Below are positions 1 to 9,892 of a stretch of DNA of 64,000 nt, one piece after another (position 1 is the stretch's first letter; every line of letters starts with the position of its first letter). The position numbers and the translations under genes were made by a program. The notes under the pieces were generated by a model. The model saw only the letters and a program-made list of their open reading frames with translations. It ran no database searches and was not told where the DNA came from. This DNA is from Thermodesulfobacteriota bacterium (lineage in GTDB: Bacteria > Desulfobacterota_D > UBA1144 > Nemesobacterales > UBA2774): positions 320,001-384,000 of the forward strand of contig OY729416.1 in assembly GCA_963422265.1 (NCBI GenBank). The letters are read 5' to 3'.

Positions 1-1110
1 GACTGGTGCAGTCACCATCACCGGCACGGCGACCCAGGGCCAGACACTGACCGCGGATACCAGCACGATCGTTGATCCAGACGGCCCGAGTAATCTGACG
101 TTCAGCTATCAATGGAAGCGAGGTGGGACTGACATCAGCGGCGGCGCCAGTAGCACCTACGTTCTGACACAGGCGGACGTCGGGGCGGCAATCACCGTCA
201 CTGTGAGCTGGACTGACGCTGGTGGGGCATCGGAATCTCTTACCTCTGCTGCTACAGCAAGTGTAGCGAACGTAAACGACTTGCCGACTGGTGCGGTAAC
301 CATTACGGGGACGGCAACCCAGGGGCAGACACTGACCGCGGATACCAGCACGATTGTTGACCCAGACGGTCCGAGTAATCTGACGTTCAGCTATCAATGG
401 AAGCGGGGTGGGACTGACATCAGCGGGGCGACCAGTAGCACCTACATTCTGACACAGGCGGACGTCGGTTCTGTGATCACAGTAGTAGTGAGTTGGACGG
501 ACGCTGGTGGGACATCGGAATCCCTCACCTCTGCTGCTACAGCAAGTGTAGCGAACGTAAACGACTTGCCGACTGGTGCGGTAACCATTACGGGGACGGC
601 AACCCAGGGGCAGACGCTTACAGCGGATACCGGCACGATCGTTGATCCAGACGGTCCGAGCAGTCTGACGTTCAGCTATCAATGGAAGCGAGGCGGGACT
701 GATATCAACGGGGCGACCAGTAGCACCTACATTATGACACAGGCGGACGTCGGTTCTGTGATCACAGTAGTAGTGAGTTGGACGGACAGCGGTAGTACAG
801 TGGAATCTCTGACCTCTGCTGCTACAGCAAGTGTAGCGAACGTAAACGACTCGCCGACTGGTGCGGTAACCATTACGGGGACGGCGACCCAGGGCCAGAC
901 ACTGACCGCGGATACCGGCACGATTGTTGACCCAGACGGTCCGAGTAATCTGACGTTCAGCTATCAATGGAAGCGAGGCGGGACTGACATCAGCGGCGCC
1001 ACTACTAGCACCTACGTTCTGACACAGGCGGACGTAGGTTCTGTGATCACAGTAGTAGTGAGTTGGACGGACGCTGGTGGGGCATCGGAATCTCTTACCT
1101 CGACTGCCAC
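1..1110 (+). repeat. Tandem 285-bp coding repeat, about 4 copies (more likely upstream)
   Basis: The unit start gactggtgc recurs at 1, 286, 571 and 856, giving an exact 285-nt period. Copies are near-identical, and the last one diverges near 1105. Confidence 0.95.
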
Positions 1111-3298
1111 TGCGAAGGTGATTAACATCAGCGGTGCTGACTCTGGCACGATTATTGATGTAGTAGAGGACGGTGGTCGCAGCATCATCACGGCAACGGT
1201 TGACGAGACGGCTGTGAAGCTGACGCTGCCATCTGGACACGGCGTGACGGAGATTGAGTTTTCACCGGCGGCGCCCACTGTTACTGAGCCGTCGGGCGTG
1301 AGCTTTGGGGGTAAACCGTCTTACGTGGATATAGATCTGGACGTGGAGCTCTCGTCATCATCAAGTGCCATCGTCTGTCTGGAGGAGCCCGAAGAGCTGT
1401 CAGGTAATCTATCGGTATATCATCTTGCCGATGTAGAAGGTGCGGGGTGGAGGAAGCTGCCGTCGCCTGCATCGGTGCCCAGCGGTTATGTATGCGGTAA
1501 AACGAGTAGTTTTTCTACTTTTGTATTGGGTTCGCCAAAGCCGACTTTCGGTTCAGAATCCATTGGGGACTATGTCTGGACGGTTGGTGTGGAAGTTGTT
1601 GATGTTGTTCTACCTGAGGCTACTGGTGGTGACGGTGTTATTACCTACAGTCTGAGACCGTCTCTACCATTGGATCTTAAGTTTAATGATGATTCTCCTC
1701 GCGCTATCACTGGCAAGCCGACTGAGGCGTTAGCTAAGACGAAGTTCACCTACAAGGCTGAGGACGTAGATGGCGATACAAGTGAGTTGTCATTTAGCAT
1801 AACGGTTCGTGCAGCCGAGGAAAAGGAGCGAGCGCGTGTTCTTTCTGTAGTGTTAGCTTCTTTTGGACGGGCAGCTGCAACCGGAGCGGTGGACGTAATA
1901 GGTGAACGTTTTGTTTCTTCTTCTTCTCTGGCAGGTAGTCCTAAATTGACATTGGGTGGTGTTTCTATGACATCGTTTGACACTCGTTCTGTGGCAGGAG
2001 CTGTGGATGGGGTGTTGGGTCTGAGTGGTGGTTCAGATATTGAATTGTTGGAGGGTTTAGATCGAGAGCCTGTTGAGTTACGGCGTGTTTCTGGGAGGGA
2101 TTTGTTTGCGCAGAGCGAATTTTCTATTCCTTTGAGTAGTAGTGGTGATATGGGAGGAGTGATGCGAGGTTGGACGTTATGGGGCAGTGGTGCGGGTAGT
2201 GGATTTTCTGGTAGTAATTTGGATGGAGATATAGATACAGAGGGTGAGTTGTATACGGGCTACATGGGATTGGACTATAGGTTTGGTAATAGGGGTTTGG
2301 CGGGAGTAGCGATATCTCGTAGTGTTGGAGAGGTGGACTATGAGGTGGATGGTAGCTTTCATCTTATGGGTGGAGAGACAGGTAGTATCCGAGGGGAGGT
2401 AGATTTGGAGTTGACGAGCGTTCTTCCATATGCGCACTACACTATTCGTCCTGGTCTTAGTATATGGGGTTTGTTTGGAGCGGGTATAGGCGATATTGAG
2501 TTGGAGGATGGGGCAGGAGAAGTAGAGGCGGACGTAAATATGCTGATGGTAGCGTTGGGAGTGCGTCAGGAGTTGGCTAGATGGGGAGATATAGATTTTG
2601 GGTTAAAGAGTGATGGTTTTGCAGTGCAGTTAAAGACAGAGGGGGTGGAAGGTCTTTCTGGTGTTAGTGGAGTAGCGCGTCGTTTGCGATTAGGTTTAGA
2701 GATGAGCCGTGACGTGTATGTGACAGGAGATTCTTTGTTGCTACCAAGTGTGGAGATAGGGGGGCGATGGGACGGCGGAGATGCGGATAGTGGAGTAGGT
2801 ATGGAGGTAGGCGGAGGTATAGAGTATGTTCATAGAGGTTTGGGTTTGAGCGTGGAGGTTCGAGGGAGGTATTTGTTGTTTCATGAGGAGTCTGAGTTTG
2901 AGGATTGGGGAGGTAGTTTTTCATTGCGGATGGGTGATGGAGTTCGGGGGCGTGGATTGTGGTTGAAGTTTGAGCCTGAGTGGGGTGAGGTAGCGAGTGG
3001 AGTAGAGCGAATGTGGCGAGGTGAGGTTGATAGTGGGTTAGGAGTAGGGAAGCGGGGTTTATCTCCTGGGCGTGTGAAGTTTGACGTTGGATATGGTATG
3101 GAGACGCGAGGTAGTGGGTGGCTTGTAACGCCGTATAGTGGCGTATCTATTATGAGGGAGGGGGAGCGCGAGTATAGGTTGGGTGGCAAGGTAGGTGTAG
3201 GGGAGTGGATGGATATAAGTTTGGAGGGGGAGCGTCGAGAGGTTTCTAATGGAGTTGTGGATCACGGAATACTATTATGGTGGAAGCTGTTATTGTAG
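2..3298 (+). CDS. Large repeat adhesin / autotransporter-like outer-membrane protein, 5'-truncated by the window (Ig-like repeats, a further Ig-like domain, C-terminal beta-barrel)
   Basis: The frame of ORF 203..3298 is already open at nt 2 (TGAVTITGTATQG...). It has four ~95-aa repeats (TGAVTITG..TLTADT..DPDG..FSYQW..GAT..TY.LT.ADVG) and a putative Ig (He_PIG-like) segment (LPEATGGDG..YSL..P). After a helical linker comes a Gly/aromatic-rich amphipathic beta-strand region (WTLWGSG, GYMGLDY, LLPSVEIGGRWDGG). Confidence 0.8.
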   Translation, partial: TGAVTITGTATQGQTLTADTSTIVDPDGPSNLTFSYQWKRGGTDISGGASSTYVLTQADVGAAITVTVSWTDAGGASESLTSAATASVANVNDLPTGAVTITGTATQGQTLTADTSTIVDPDGPSNLTFSYQWKRGGTDISGATSSTYILTQADVGSVITVVVSWTDAGGTSESLTSAATASVANVNDLPTGAVTITGTATQGQTLTADTGTIVDPDGPSSLTFSYQWKRGGTDINGATSSTYIMTQADVGSVITVVVSWTDSGSTVESLTSAATASVANVNDSPTGAVTITGTATQGQTLTADTGTIVDPDGPSNLTFSYQWKRGGTDISGATTSTYVLTQADVGSVITVVVSWTDAGGASESLTSTATAKVINISGADSGTIIDVVEDGGRSIITATVDETAVKLTLPSGHGVTEIEFSPAAPTVTEPSGVSFGGKPSYVDIDLDVELSSSSSAIVCLEEPEELSGNLSVYHLADVEGAGWRKLPSPASVPSGYVCGKTSSFSTFVLGSPKPTFGSESIGDYVWTVGVEVVDVVLPEATGGDGVITYSLRPSLPLDLKFNDDSPRAITGKPTEALAKTKFTYKAEDVDGDTSELSFSITVRAAEEKERARVLSVVLASFGRAAATGAVDVIGERFVSSSSLAGSPKLTLGGVSMTSFDTRSVAGAVDGVLGLSGGSDIELLEGLDREPVELRRVSGRDLFAQSEFSIPLSSSGDMGGVMRGWTLWGSGAGSGFSGSNLDGDIDTEGELYTGYMGLDYRFGNRGLAGVAISRSVGEVDYEVDGSFHLMGGETGSIRGEVDLELTSVLPYAHYTIRPGLSIWGLFGAGIGDIELEDGAGEVEADVNMLMVALGVRQELARWGDIDFGLKSDGFAVQLKTEGVEGLSGVSGVARRLRLGLEMSRDVYVTGDSLLLPSVEIGGRWDGGDADSGVGMEVGGGIEYVHRGLGLSVEVRGRYLLFHEESEFEDWGGSFSLRMGDGVRGRGLWLKFEPEWGEVASGVERMWRGEVDSGLGVGKRGLSPGRVKFDVGYGMETRGSGWLVTPYSGVSIMREGEREYRLGGKVGVGEWMDISLEGERREVSNGVVDHGILLWWKLLL

Positions 3299-3313
3299 AA
3301 AGAATAAAGATTA

Positions 3314-3348
3314 AATCCCCCCCCCTTCCCTTTACAAAAGGGGGGATT
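3314..3348 (+). terminator. GC-rich hairpin downstream of the adhesin (terminator or REP-like element)
   Basis: aatcccccc...ggggggatt inverted repeat with an inner cccttt-aca-aaaggg palindrome, starting 16 nt after the stop codon. Confidence 0.5.
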
Positions 3349-3722
3349 GTATAGGGAATGAACTCTCGTCCCCCGATGCTCTATCTGGATTCCTAGTCGA
3401 GCTGGTAATGATGGGCAAGTTGGTAATGACGGGTTGTTAAAAGCTGTTAGAACTAGCTATTCTCTTTCATTTTCCATCTTTTTTCTGTTACTTTCTCGGC
3501 ACTTTTCTTTAACTTTTCTATTCATTTTCTATCCTTTTTATCTCTTTTCTTTAACGTGGTAAGCACGTCTCTATGAGGCATGTCCTCATAATAATTTAAG
3601 CTCTCTTGGGTGGCAAATATGACGTCGCTAATTGAGGCCTAATTAAGGCGGCAGACGCTTTCCTTTCAACTCCCACTAGGTTAAACTTGCTTATCAATAG
3701 GATATAAAAATTGAGGAGGTAA

Positions 3723-4490
3723 ATGGAGATGAGGCTTACAGGCAAGATCGCCTTGATCACGGGTGGGGGTGAAGGCATAGGCAGGGCTACGGCTCTGTTA
3801 TTTTCCGAGTCGGGGGTGGATGTTGGTATAATGGGTAGAACCGAGTCTAAACTTGATGGTGTAGTGCAGGAAGCCCAGGGTCCGGGGGAAATTACGGCTT
3901 ATCAGGGAGACGTTTCGGTTGAGGGAGACGTAAAGAGGGTAGTCAATAGCTTTTATGATAAACACGGAAAGATAGACATACTTTTTAATAATGCGGGAAT
4001 TCTCGAAGGTGGGACGGTAGTTACGACTTCCGTGGATACGTGGGATCGGACAATGAATATAAATGTAAAGGGAATATTTCTGATGAGTAAACACGTTCTA
4101 CCTCTTATGGTAAAGCACGGCGGGGGCGCTGTCATAAATAATTCTTCCGTTCTGGGAATGGTAGGAATGGAAGGATGTGTAGCTTATAATGCCTCTAAAG
4201 GGGCAGTGAGGCAGATAACGAGAAGTATGGCGATTGATCACGCTGGTGATAATATACGCGTGAATTCAGTTTGTCCGGGGTATATCAAGACCAAGATGGA
4301 TCCAGAGTTTATGGGCAATCCTCCTGATGCTGAAGAGCAGCTTGACAAGATCGCTGCGGATATGATTCCCTTGGTTAGAAGAGCGGAAGCCGTTGAAGTG
4401 GGTCACGCCGTGTTATATCTGGCAAGTGACGAGGCAAGATACGTAACGGGTTCCGATTTGGTCATTGATGGAGGATGGACAGCCGTCTAA
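3723..4490 (+). CDS. Short-chain dehydrogenase/reductase (classical SDR)
   Basis: TGGGEGIG, NNAG, YNASK catalytic motif and a VIDGG end; GAGG RBS. Confidence 0.92.
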   Translation: MEMRLTGKIALITGGGEGIGRATALLFSESGVDVGIMGRTESKLDGVVQEAQGPGEITAYQGDVSVEGDVKRVVNSFYDKHGKIDILFNNAGILEGGTVVTTSVDTWDRTMNINVKGIFLMSKHVLPLMVKHGGGAVINNSSVLGMVGMEGCVAYNASKGAVRQITRSMAIDHAGDNIRVNSVCPGYIKTKMDPEFMGNPPDAEEQLDKIAADMIPLVRRAEAVEVGHAVLYLASDEARYVTGSDLVIDGGWTAV

Positions 4491-4592
4491 ATTTCGTTGC
4501 TACTCAACTGATGTTCGCGTAGAAATTACGTAAGCGCATCCTCAACTCCGATTGGGGAACGATGACGGAATTAGGTGTAATCTTAACTTTGC

Positions 4593-5660
4593 CTATAGTT
4601 TCTCAACGGTATCAAGTACCTTCTCGGCAATTTTCGTAAAAGACTTAGCTGCTGTGCTCTCGGGATAAGACTCTACTATTGGCACTCCCGAATCTCCGCC
4701 CTTTCTGATCTTTGGGTCTATAGGTATCTCGCCTAGGAACGGCACGCCGAATTTTTCAGCCATTTTTCTCCCTCCGCCTCTACCAAAGATATCTATCGGC
4801 TCACCCCCACCGGCGTTTTCAAGGTAGCTCATGTTTTCTACTATACCGATTATGGGAACGTTTAATTTTCTGAACATCTGCACGCCACGCTTAACGTCTA
4901 TAAGCGCTACGTCTTGAGGAGTGGTTATGATTAACCCCCCGCTTATAGGCACGGTTTGCGCTAGGGACAGTTGGGCGTCACCCGTTCCAGGAGGAAGGTC
5001 TATTACAAGGTGCTCCGTATCGCCCCACCTAACGTCTTCTATAAACTGCTTAATCGCCCCGTGAACCATAGGACCACGCCATATTACCGTTTCATCTTCA
5101 TTGATCAGGAAGCCGATTGACATAAGTTTAAGGCCGAATTTGGAGAGCGGTATTATTTTGTTGTCTTCGGTTGCTCTGGGTCTTTCTTTTACACCTAGCA
5201 TTATAGGCGTGCTCGGACCCCAGATGTCCGCGTCCATAAGTCCTACTCTATCTCTCATCTGAGCAAGCGCTACGGCTACGTTCACCGCGACGGTGGATTT
5301 GCCCACCCCGCCTTTGCCGCTCGCAACAGCAATGTAGTATTTAACGTCCGGCAGCTTCCCCGCTTGTGGCTTGGCTTGCCCACGTTCCCGTCCTTGTACA
5401 GGAGGGCTTTTAGGTTGTCTTGCCGATATGTGAATTGCTACATCGGAAACCCCCGATATGCTCGTAACGACGGATCTTATGGATTTCTCAATCTCAGTCC
5501 CAATACGTTTATCAGACTTCGGTAGCACAAGAGACAACTCTACTTTATTGCCTTGTATGTTTATATCTTTTACGATACCAAACGATACGATGTCTCTTGT
5601 AAATCCGGGATATTTTACGTTTTTAAGGACTCTGCGGATTTCGTCAACGTTAAGCTCCAT
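4593..5660 (-). CDS. apbC: Mrp/ApbC (NBP35 family) Fe-S cluster carrier ATPase with N-terminal DUF59 domain
   Basis: Deviant Walker A SGKGGVGKST, DADIWGPS, WRGPM, DLPPGTGD and ENMS motifs. Confidence 0.9.
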   Translation of the reverse strand: MELNVDEIRRVLKNVKYPGFTRDIVSFGIVKDINIQGNKVELSLVLPKSDKRIGTEIEKSIRSVVTSISGVSDVAIHISARQPKSPPVQGRERGQAKPQAGKLPDVKYYIAVASGKGGVGKSTVAVNVAVALAQMRDRVGLMDADIWGPSTPIMLGVKERPRATEDNKIIPLSKFGLKLMSIGFLINEDETVIWRGPMVHGAIKQFIEDVRWGDTEHLVIDLPPGTGDAQLSLAQTVPISGGLIITTPQDVALIDVKRGVQMFRKLNVPIIGIVENMSYLENAGGGEPIDIFGRGGGRKMAEKFGVPFLGEIPIDPKIRKGGDSGVPIVESYPESTAAKSFTKIAEKVLDTVEKL

Positions 5661-5681
5661 TATATTCTTGTTGCGCTCCTT

Positions 5682-6092
5682 TTAAGCTATGCCCAGCTTT
5701 TGTTTAGCTTCCTCTGTCATCATGTCAGGATTCCAAGGTGGATCCCATACTACTTCAACGAGCACGTTCTTGGCTCCCGCTTCCTTTATCGCCTCTTCGG
5801 CCTGACTGGCTATCATAGCCCCCATACCACATCCCGGGGTAGTCAAGGTCATTTTAAGGTTGACGTTCTTACCCGAAGAGATAGCTACGTTATAGATAAG
5901 CCCTAAGTCAACTATACTTACAGGGATCTCTGGATCATATACTTTCCCAAGCGCTTCATATACGCGGTTCTCAGTTAATGGATGCTGGGTCTCGCTTTTT
6001 TCAGGCTTTTCAAACTTCTTAAAGGTTACGCCCTTTTCCGAAGGGACCGCAGGCGGGTCTTTCTTTATACTTATTATTTTCCTCATTCCCAT
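5682..6092 (-). CDS. DUF59/SufT-like metal-sulfur cluster assembly factor
   Basis: DPEIPVSIVDLGLIY, TLTTPGC and WDPPW motifs. The ATG at 6092 has a GGAGG RBS (the ORF track starts at TTG 6098). Confidence 0.88.
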   Translation of the reverse strand: MGMRKIISIKKDPPAVPSEKGVTFKKFEKPEKSETQHPLTENRVYEALGKVYDPEIPVSIVDLGLIYNVAISSGKNVNLKMTLTTPGCGMGAMIASQAEEAIKEAGAKNVLVEVVWDPPWNPDMMTEEAKQKLGIA

Positions 6093-6202
6093 TTTCAATA
6101 CCCTCCTATTCCTAAAATATCATATCACTTCTAAGGTTACCTGCTTTATCTAAAGATAGTTAGCTCCATGCGTTAGATATAATACATGTCTAATTATATG
6201 TT

Positions 6203-7402
6203 ATGCTACATAAAATGGAACTGCTAAAATTACGTGATTCAGAGCAGGTCAAACTTTTATCAAACGTTCAGTTTCTCTACGAATTACACCTTGCATCCTT
6301 AGAATTATCGTCTTTTTGTTCCCAATGGGAATTTCTTTCCGACTTCCGTTCTTTTGCAGTCAAAGATCCTGAGATTGATAATATCCTCACGCGTTCTGCT
6401 TACATATCAGGAGCGAACGGGGTTTCCTCTGACTATGCGAAGCTCACGAATTACAATATAACGCGATCTTTCAATCAATATATAACGCACTGGTTTTATC
6501 CATACAAAGGTAAATACCATCCTCAGATGGTTCGCTCTCTTGCAAATATAATAGGATTGAAATCGGGAGATACTCTGCTTGATCCCTTTATAGGGAGTGG
6601 TACAACTGCACTAGAAGGGGCTTTGCTCAATTTGAGAGTAGTAGGGTTTGATATATCCCCCTTATGCGTCTTAATTAGCAAAGTCAAAACCAATGCCGTT
6701 CATCATCTCCCCGAAATTAGTCAATACTATCCTAATGACCTTGAGAAAGGTAGCCGTATAAGAATGGGCGATATGGTTGAGTGTATGAGTGACCACGTCA
6801 AGAGTTTTGGTTTGTTAGCAAAGATGATTGCAACCAGTGATAACGCCAGGCGTAATCGTGATTTTACCGAAATGCTTATTCATAATGAGAATAAAATGAT
6901 TAAAAGCATACAGCTAATGAAAAACGCCTGTGCAGAAATACAAATTTCGCCAACACTGGCGGACATAAGGATAGGAGATGCTCGTTGCTTGCCTTTACCT
7001 GATAATAGCGTGGATGGAATAATAACCTCTCCACCTTACTCGTTAGCCCTGGACTATGTTGCTAATGATTCTCATTCACTAGAAGCACTTGGATATGACT
7101 TGAGTACAATCAGGGAGAATTTTATAGGTGTTAGAGGCAAAGGAAAGAAGCGAATTGAATTTTATGAGCGGGATATGCTCCGTGCTTACAGTGAGATGGG
7201 TAGGGTGTTAAAACCATCGGGCAAAGCTGTCATCGTCATCGGTGATGCTACCGTTAATGGAAATAAGGTACATACAACGGAAAAGTGTATTGAGACCTTT
7301 GCTAAACTCGGATTCAAGCTCATTCATACTGTGGATAAGCTAATTTATGGTCTATACAATGTAATGCAAAGAGAGTTTATACTTATTTTTGAAAGATATT
7401 AG
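6203..7402 (+). CDS. Amino-DNA methyltransferase, probably N4-cytosine, alpha-type motif order
   Basis: Motif I DPFIGSGTT precedes motif IV TSPPY; HWFYPYKGKYHP segment; adjacent to a PD-(D/E)xK nuclease gene. Confidence 0.85.
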   Translation: MLHKMELLKLRDSEQVKLLSNVQFLYELHLASLELSSFCSQWEFLSDFRSFAVKDPEIDNILTRSAYISGANGVSSDYAKLTNYNITRSFNQYITHWFYPYKGKYHPQMVRSLANIIGLKSGDTLLDPFIGSGTTALEGALLNLRVVGFDISPLCVLISKVKTNAVHHLPEISQYYPNDLEKGSRIRMGDMVECMSDHVKSFGLLAKMIATSDNARRNRDFTEMLIHNENKMIKSIQLMKNACAEIQISPTLADIRIGDARCLPLPDNSVDGIITSPPYSLALDYVANDSHSLEALGYDLSTIRENFIGVRGKGKKRIEFYERDMLRAYSEMGRVLKPSGKAVIVIGDATVNGNKVHTTEKCIETFAKLGFKLIHTVDKLIYGLYNVMQREFILIFERY

Positions 7403-7411
7403 GGATTACCG

Positions 7412-8100
7412 ATGAAGCGAGAGCAAATAGAAGGAAAGCAACTTGAGCAGCTTAAAGAAGCGGCAAAGATTTTTATAAAACCGATGGAAAAGCTTCCTTT
7501 TCCTGTTGTGATAGAGGCGATGACTGGTTACCAACTGATTCCGTACATTGAAGAAGATGACAAAGGATTAATAGATGCCCTTTCCAAATGTTGTATCAAG
7601 ACAGTGGACGATTCTGAAAGACACCCGATAACTGCCAATCGTCCAAATGATGTTAAGCACTCAAGTAGAAAAGATGATTCAAAAAAATCTAAATGCCGGT
7701 GGGATCACTTCTGAGAAACCAAAATCGCAAGTGAAGGGATCCGCTTTCCCGCAAGGCTATCCTGATTTGTTACTTTGGGAGGGGGTGAGGCCAACCTACT
7801 TAGAAGTAAAGGTCTCTAGGGTGGAAAATATTTCTAGGGGTTCTGCGAGAAATTTTTTCTATCAGCCAACGCGGAATTCAAAAATTGCGTATAGTGCTAG
7901 ACATATTTTATGCGGCTTTTCAATCTCTGAACAAAGCGAGAAAAAATGGGTATTAAAGAGATGGAAAATTACGGACTTATGGTTTCTCAGGGTTAAGCTC
8001 AAACCTGAATACAATGCAGACAATCTTGGCAGACAATCTTGAAATTTATAGACAGGAAGCAATTATATTGGAAGGGGACGGGAAGAAAATTACGAGTTGA
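7412..8100 (+). pseudogene. Type II restriction endonuclease (PD-(D/E)xK) with two frameshifts
   Basis: GYPDL...YLEVK catalytic motif. One extra base near 7655 splits ORFs 7412..7714 and 7647..8042. A 13-bp tandem duplication gcagacaatcttg (8016-8028/8029-8041) truncates the C-terminus, which otherwise reads NADNLEIYRQEAIILEGDGKKITS* to 8100. Confidence 0.75.
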
Positions 8101-8329
8101 TTTTGATAAATGCTTATATGAGGTATCACCCGACATGGTGCTAGGTTCCATAAGATACTATTCAGAGGGCAAAAGTCATTTATTAAAAATGTCTGATTAG
8201 ACCATGTTGGGCAAGAACGTCATATAATTCCCAAATTACACCTGCATCCTTGAAACGACAACGCCTTAGAGTATATTTACACCCCGAATGTCTCTAATGA
8301 TTTATTTTCCTTTGAGGAATGCATCTTAA

Positions 8330-9847
8330 ATGGATTTGCTTTTAAGTGGTAACCTGTCGTTAATAATTTTCTTTCCCCTAGTGGGAATACCACTCATTAT
8401 TTTTGTCTCTTATTTATACAATAACGATGAAGAGTCCATAAAGAGAAGCGCTTTGGTAGTAACTCTTATTGAGTTCTTATTGTCAATCCCTCTATTTACG
8501 GCTTTTGAAACGGGGGATGCTGATATGCAGTTTGTAACCAAAATCCCGTGGATTGAAAGTCTTGGCGTCAGCTACCACGTCGGCGTTGACGGTATCAGCC
8601 TTCTATTAGTTCTTCTTACGACCTTTATTATGCCCATTACTATCCTGAGTTCATGGCGGGCTATCAATAAGGGTATGCGTGAATTCTTGATACTTACGCT
8701 ATTACTTGAGTCAGCCCTGATAGGCACATTCGCGGCGCTGGATATGATCCTGTTTTTCGTATTTTGGGAAGCCGTGCTTATACCGATGTACTTTATAATA
8801 GGTATATGGGGTACTGAGCGGAGAGTTTACGCCGCAATCAAGTTTTTTATCTATACGGCGTTCGGAAGCGCCCTTATGCTCATAGCTATTTTTTACCTTT
8901 TCTTCGCTCACTTAAATCAGTTCGGCTTCTCTTCAATGAACGTGCTTGATTTTTATAGAGTGTCTCTCCCCTATTACGGCGTAATTAGCCCGCAGGGGCT
9001 AGCGTTTCTAGCGTTTTTACTCGCTTTCGCGATCAAGGTGCCAATGTTTCCATTTCATACTTGGCTTCCTGACGCGCACGTTGAAGCCCCCACGGCTGGA
9101 AGCGTAATACTCGCAGCCGTGCTTCTTAAGATGGGAACCTACGGTTTTTTAAGGTTCTTGCTGCCATTTTTTCCTGAGGCGACGGTAGCTTATCTACCCC
9201 TTCTCCTCACTATTGCGATAGTGGGGATAATCTATGGTGCTATGGTCGCGTTTGCTCAGAAGGACCTTAAAAAGCTAGTGGCTTACTCTAGCGTGAGTCA
9301 CCTAGGTATGGTTATGCTTGGGATTCTTGTTCTTAACTTTCATGGTATTCAGGGTGGAATTTATCATATGGTAAATCACGGGCTTTCTACGGGCGCGCTC
9401 TTTTTAATGGTTGGAATGATTTACGAAAGGCGACACACTAAGAAAATCGCTGATTTTGGGGGTATTGCTAAAGTAATGCCGATATTCGCAGCGTTTTTCA
9501 TGCTTGCTACGCTTTCATCCATAGGACTTCCCCTCTTAAATGGCTTTGTAGGTGAGTTCCTGATACTTCTTGGGGCATTTGAGTTTAACTACGTGTGCGC
9601 CATACTAGGCGCAACCGGCGTGGTGCTAGGAGCGGTTTACATGCTCTGGGCATATCAAAAGGTTATGTTTGGATCTCTATCTAGTCCAGCTAATAAAGTT
9701 CTTATGGATGTAAATATAAGGGAAATTTTGGTTCTTCTTCCGCTTGCCGTTATGATGTTTGTAATGGGGGTTTATCCTGCACCGTTTCTATCTAGGATTG
9801 AGCCTTCGGTTCGGGCTTTGTTGGATAGTAAACTATTACTCTATTGA
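8330..9847 (+). CDS. nuoM: NADH-quinone oxidoreductase subunit M (antiporter-like), stand-alone copy
   Basis: Polytopic membrane protein with FFVFWE, AIKVPMFPFHTWLPDAHVEAPT, LLKMGTYG and AYSSVSH motifs. Confidence 0.9.
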   Translation: MDLLLSGNLSLIIFFPLVGIPLIIFVSYLYNNDEESIKRSALVVTLIEFLLSIPLFTAFETGDADMQFVTKIPWIESLGVSYHVGVDGISLLLVLLTTFIMPITILSSWRAINKGMREFLILTLLLESALIGTFAALDMILFFVFWEAVLIPMYFIIGIWGTERRVYAAIKFFIYTAFGSALMLIAIFYLFFAHLNQFGFSSMNVLDFYRVSLPYYGVISPQGLAFLAFLLAFAIKVPMFPFHTWLPDAHVEAPTAGSVILAAVLLKMGTYGFLRFLLPFFPEATVAYLPLLLTIAIVGIIYGAMVAFAQKDLKKLVAYSSVSHLGMVMLGILVLNFHGIQGGIYHMVNHGLSTGALFLMVGMIYERRHTKKIADFGGIAKVMPIFAAFFMLATLSSIGLPLLNGFVGEFLILLGAFEFNYVCAILGATGVVLGAVYMLWAYQKVMFGSLSSPANKVLMDVNIREILVLLPLAVMMFVMGVYPAPFLSRIEPSVRALLDSKLLLY

Positions 9848-9892
9848 TTCCACTGATTCCACAGTTGCGGAAATGGTGTTTGGATACTGTAA

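Noticed and set aside
157-921. Three near-identical 64-aa minus-strand ORFs
   Set aside because: They are antisense shadows of the 285-bp adhesin repeats.
7621-7714. Programmed ribosomal frameshift in the REase
   Set aside because: No slippery heptamer at the inferred junction (the A7 run at ~7681 lies after the second frame already appears protein-like), and a second lesion exists at 8016-8041. Pseudogenisation is simpler.
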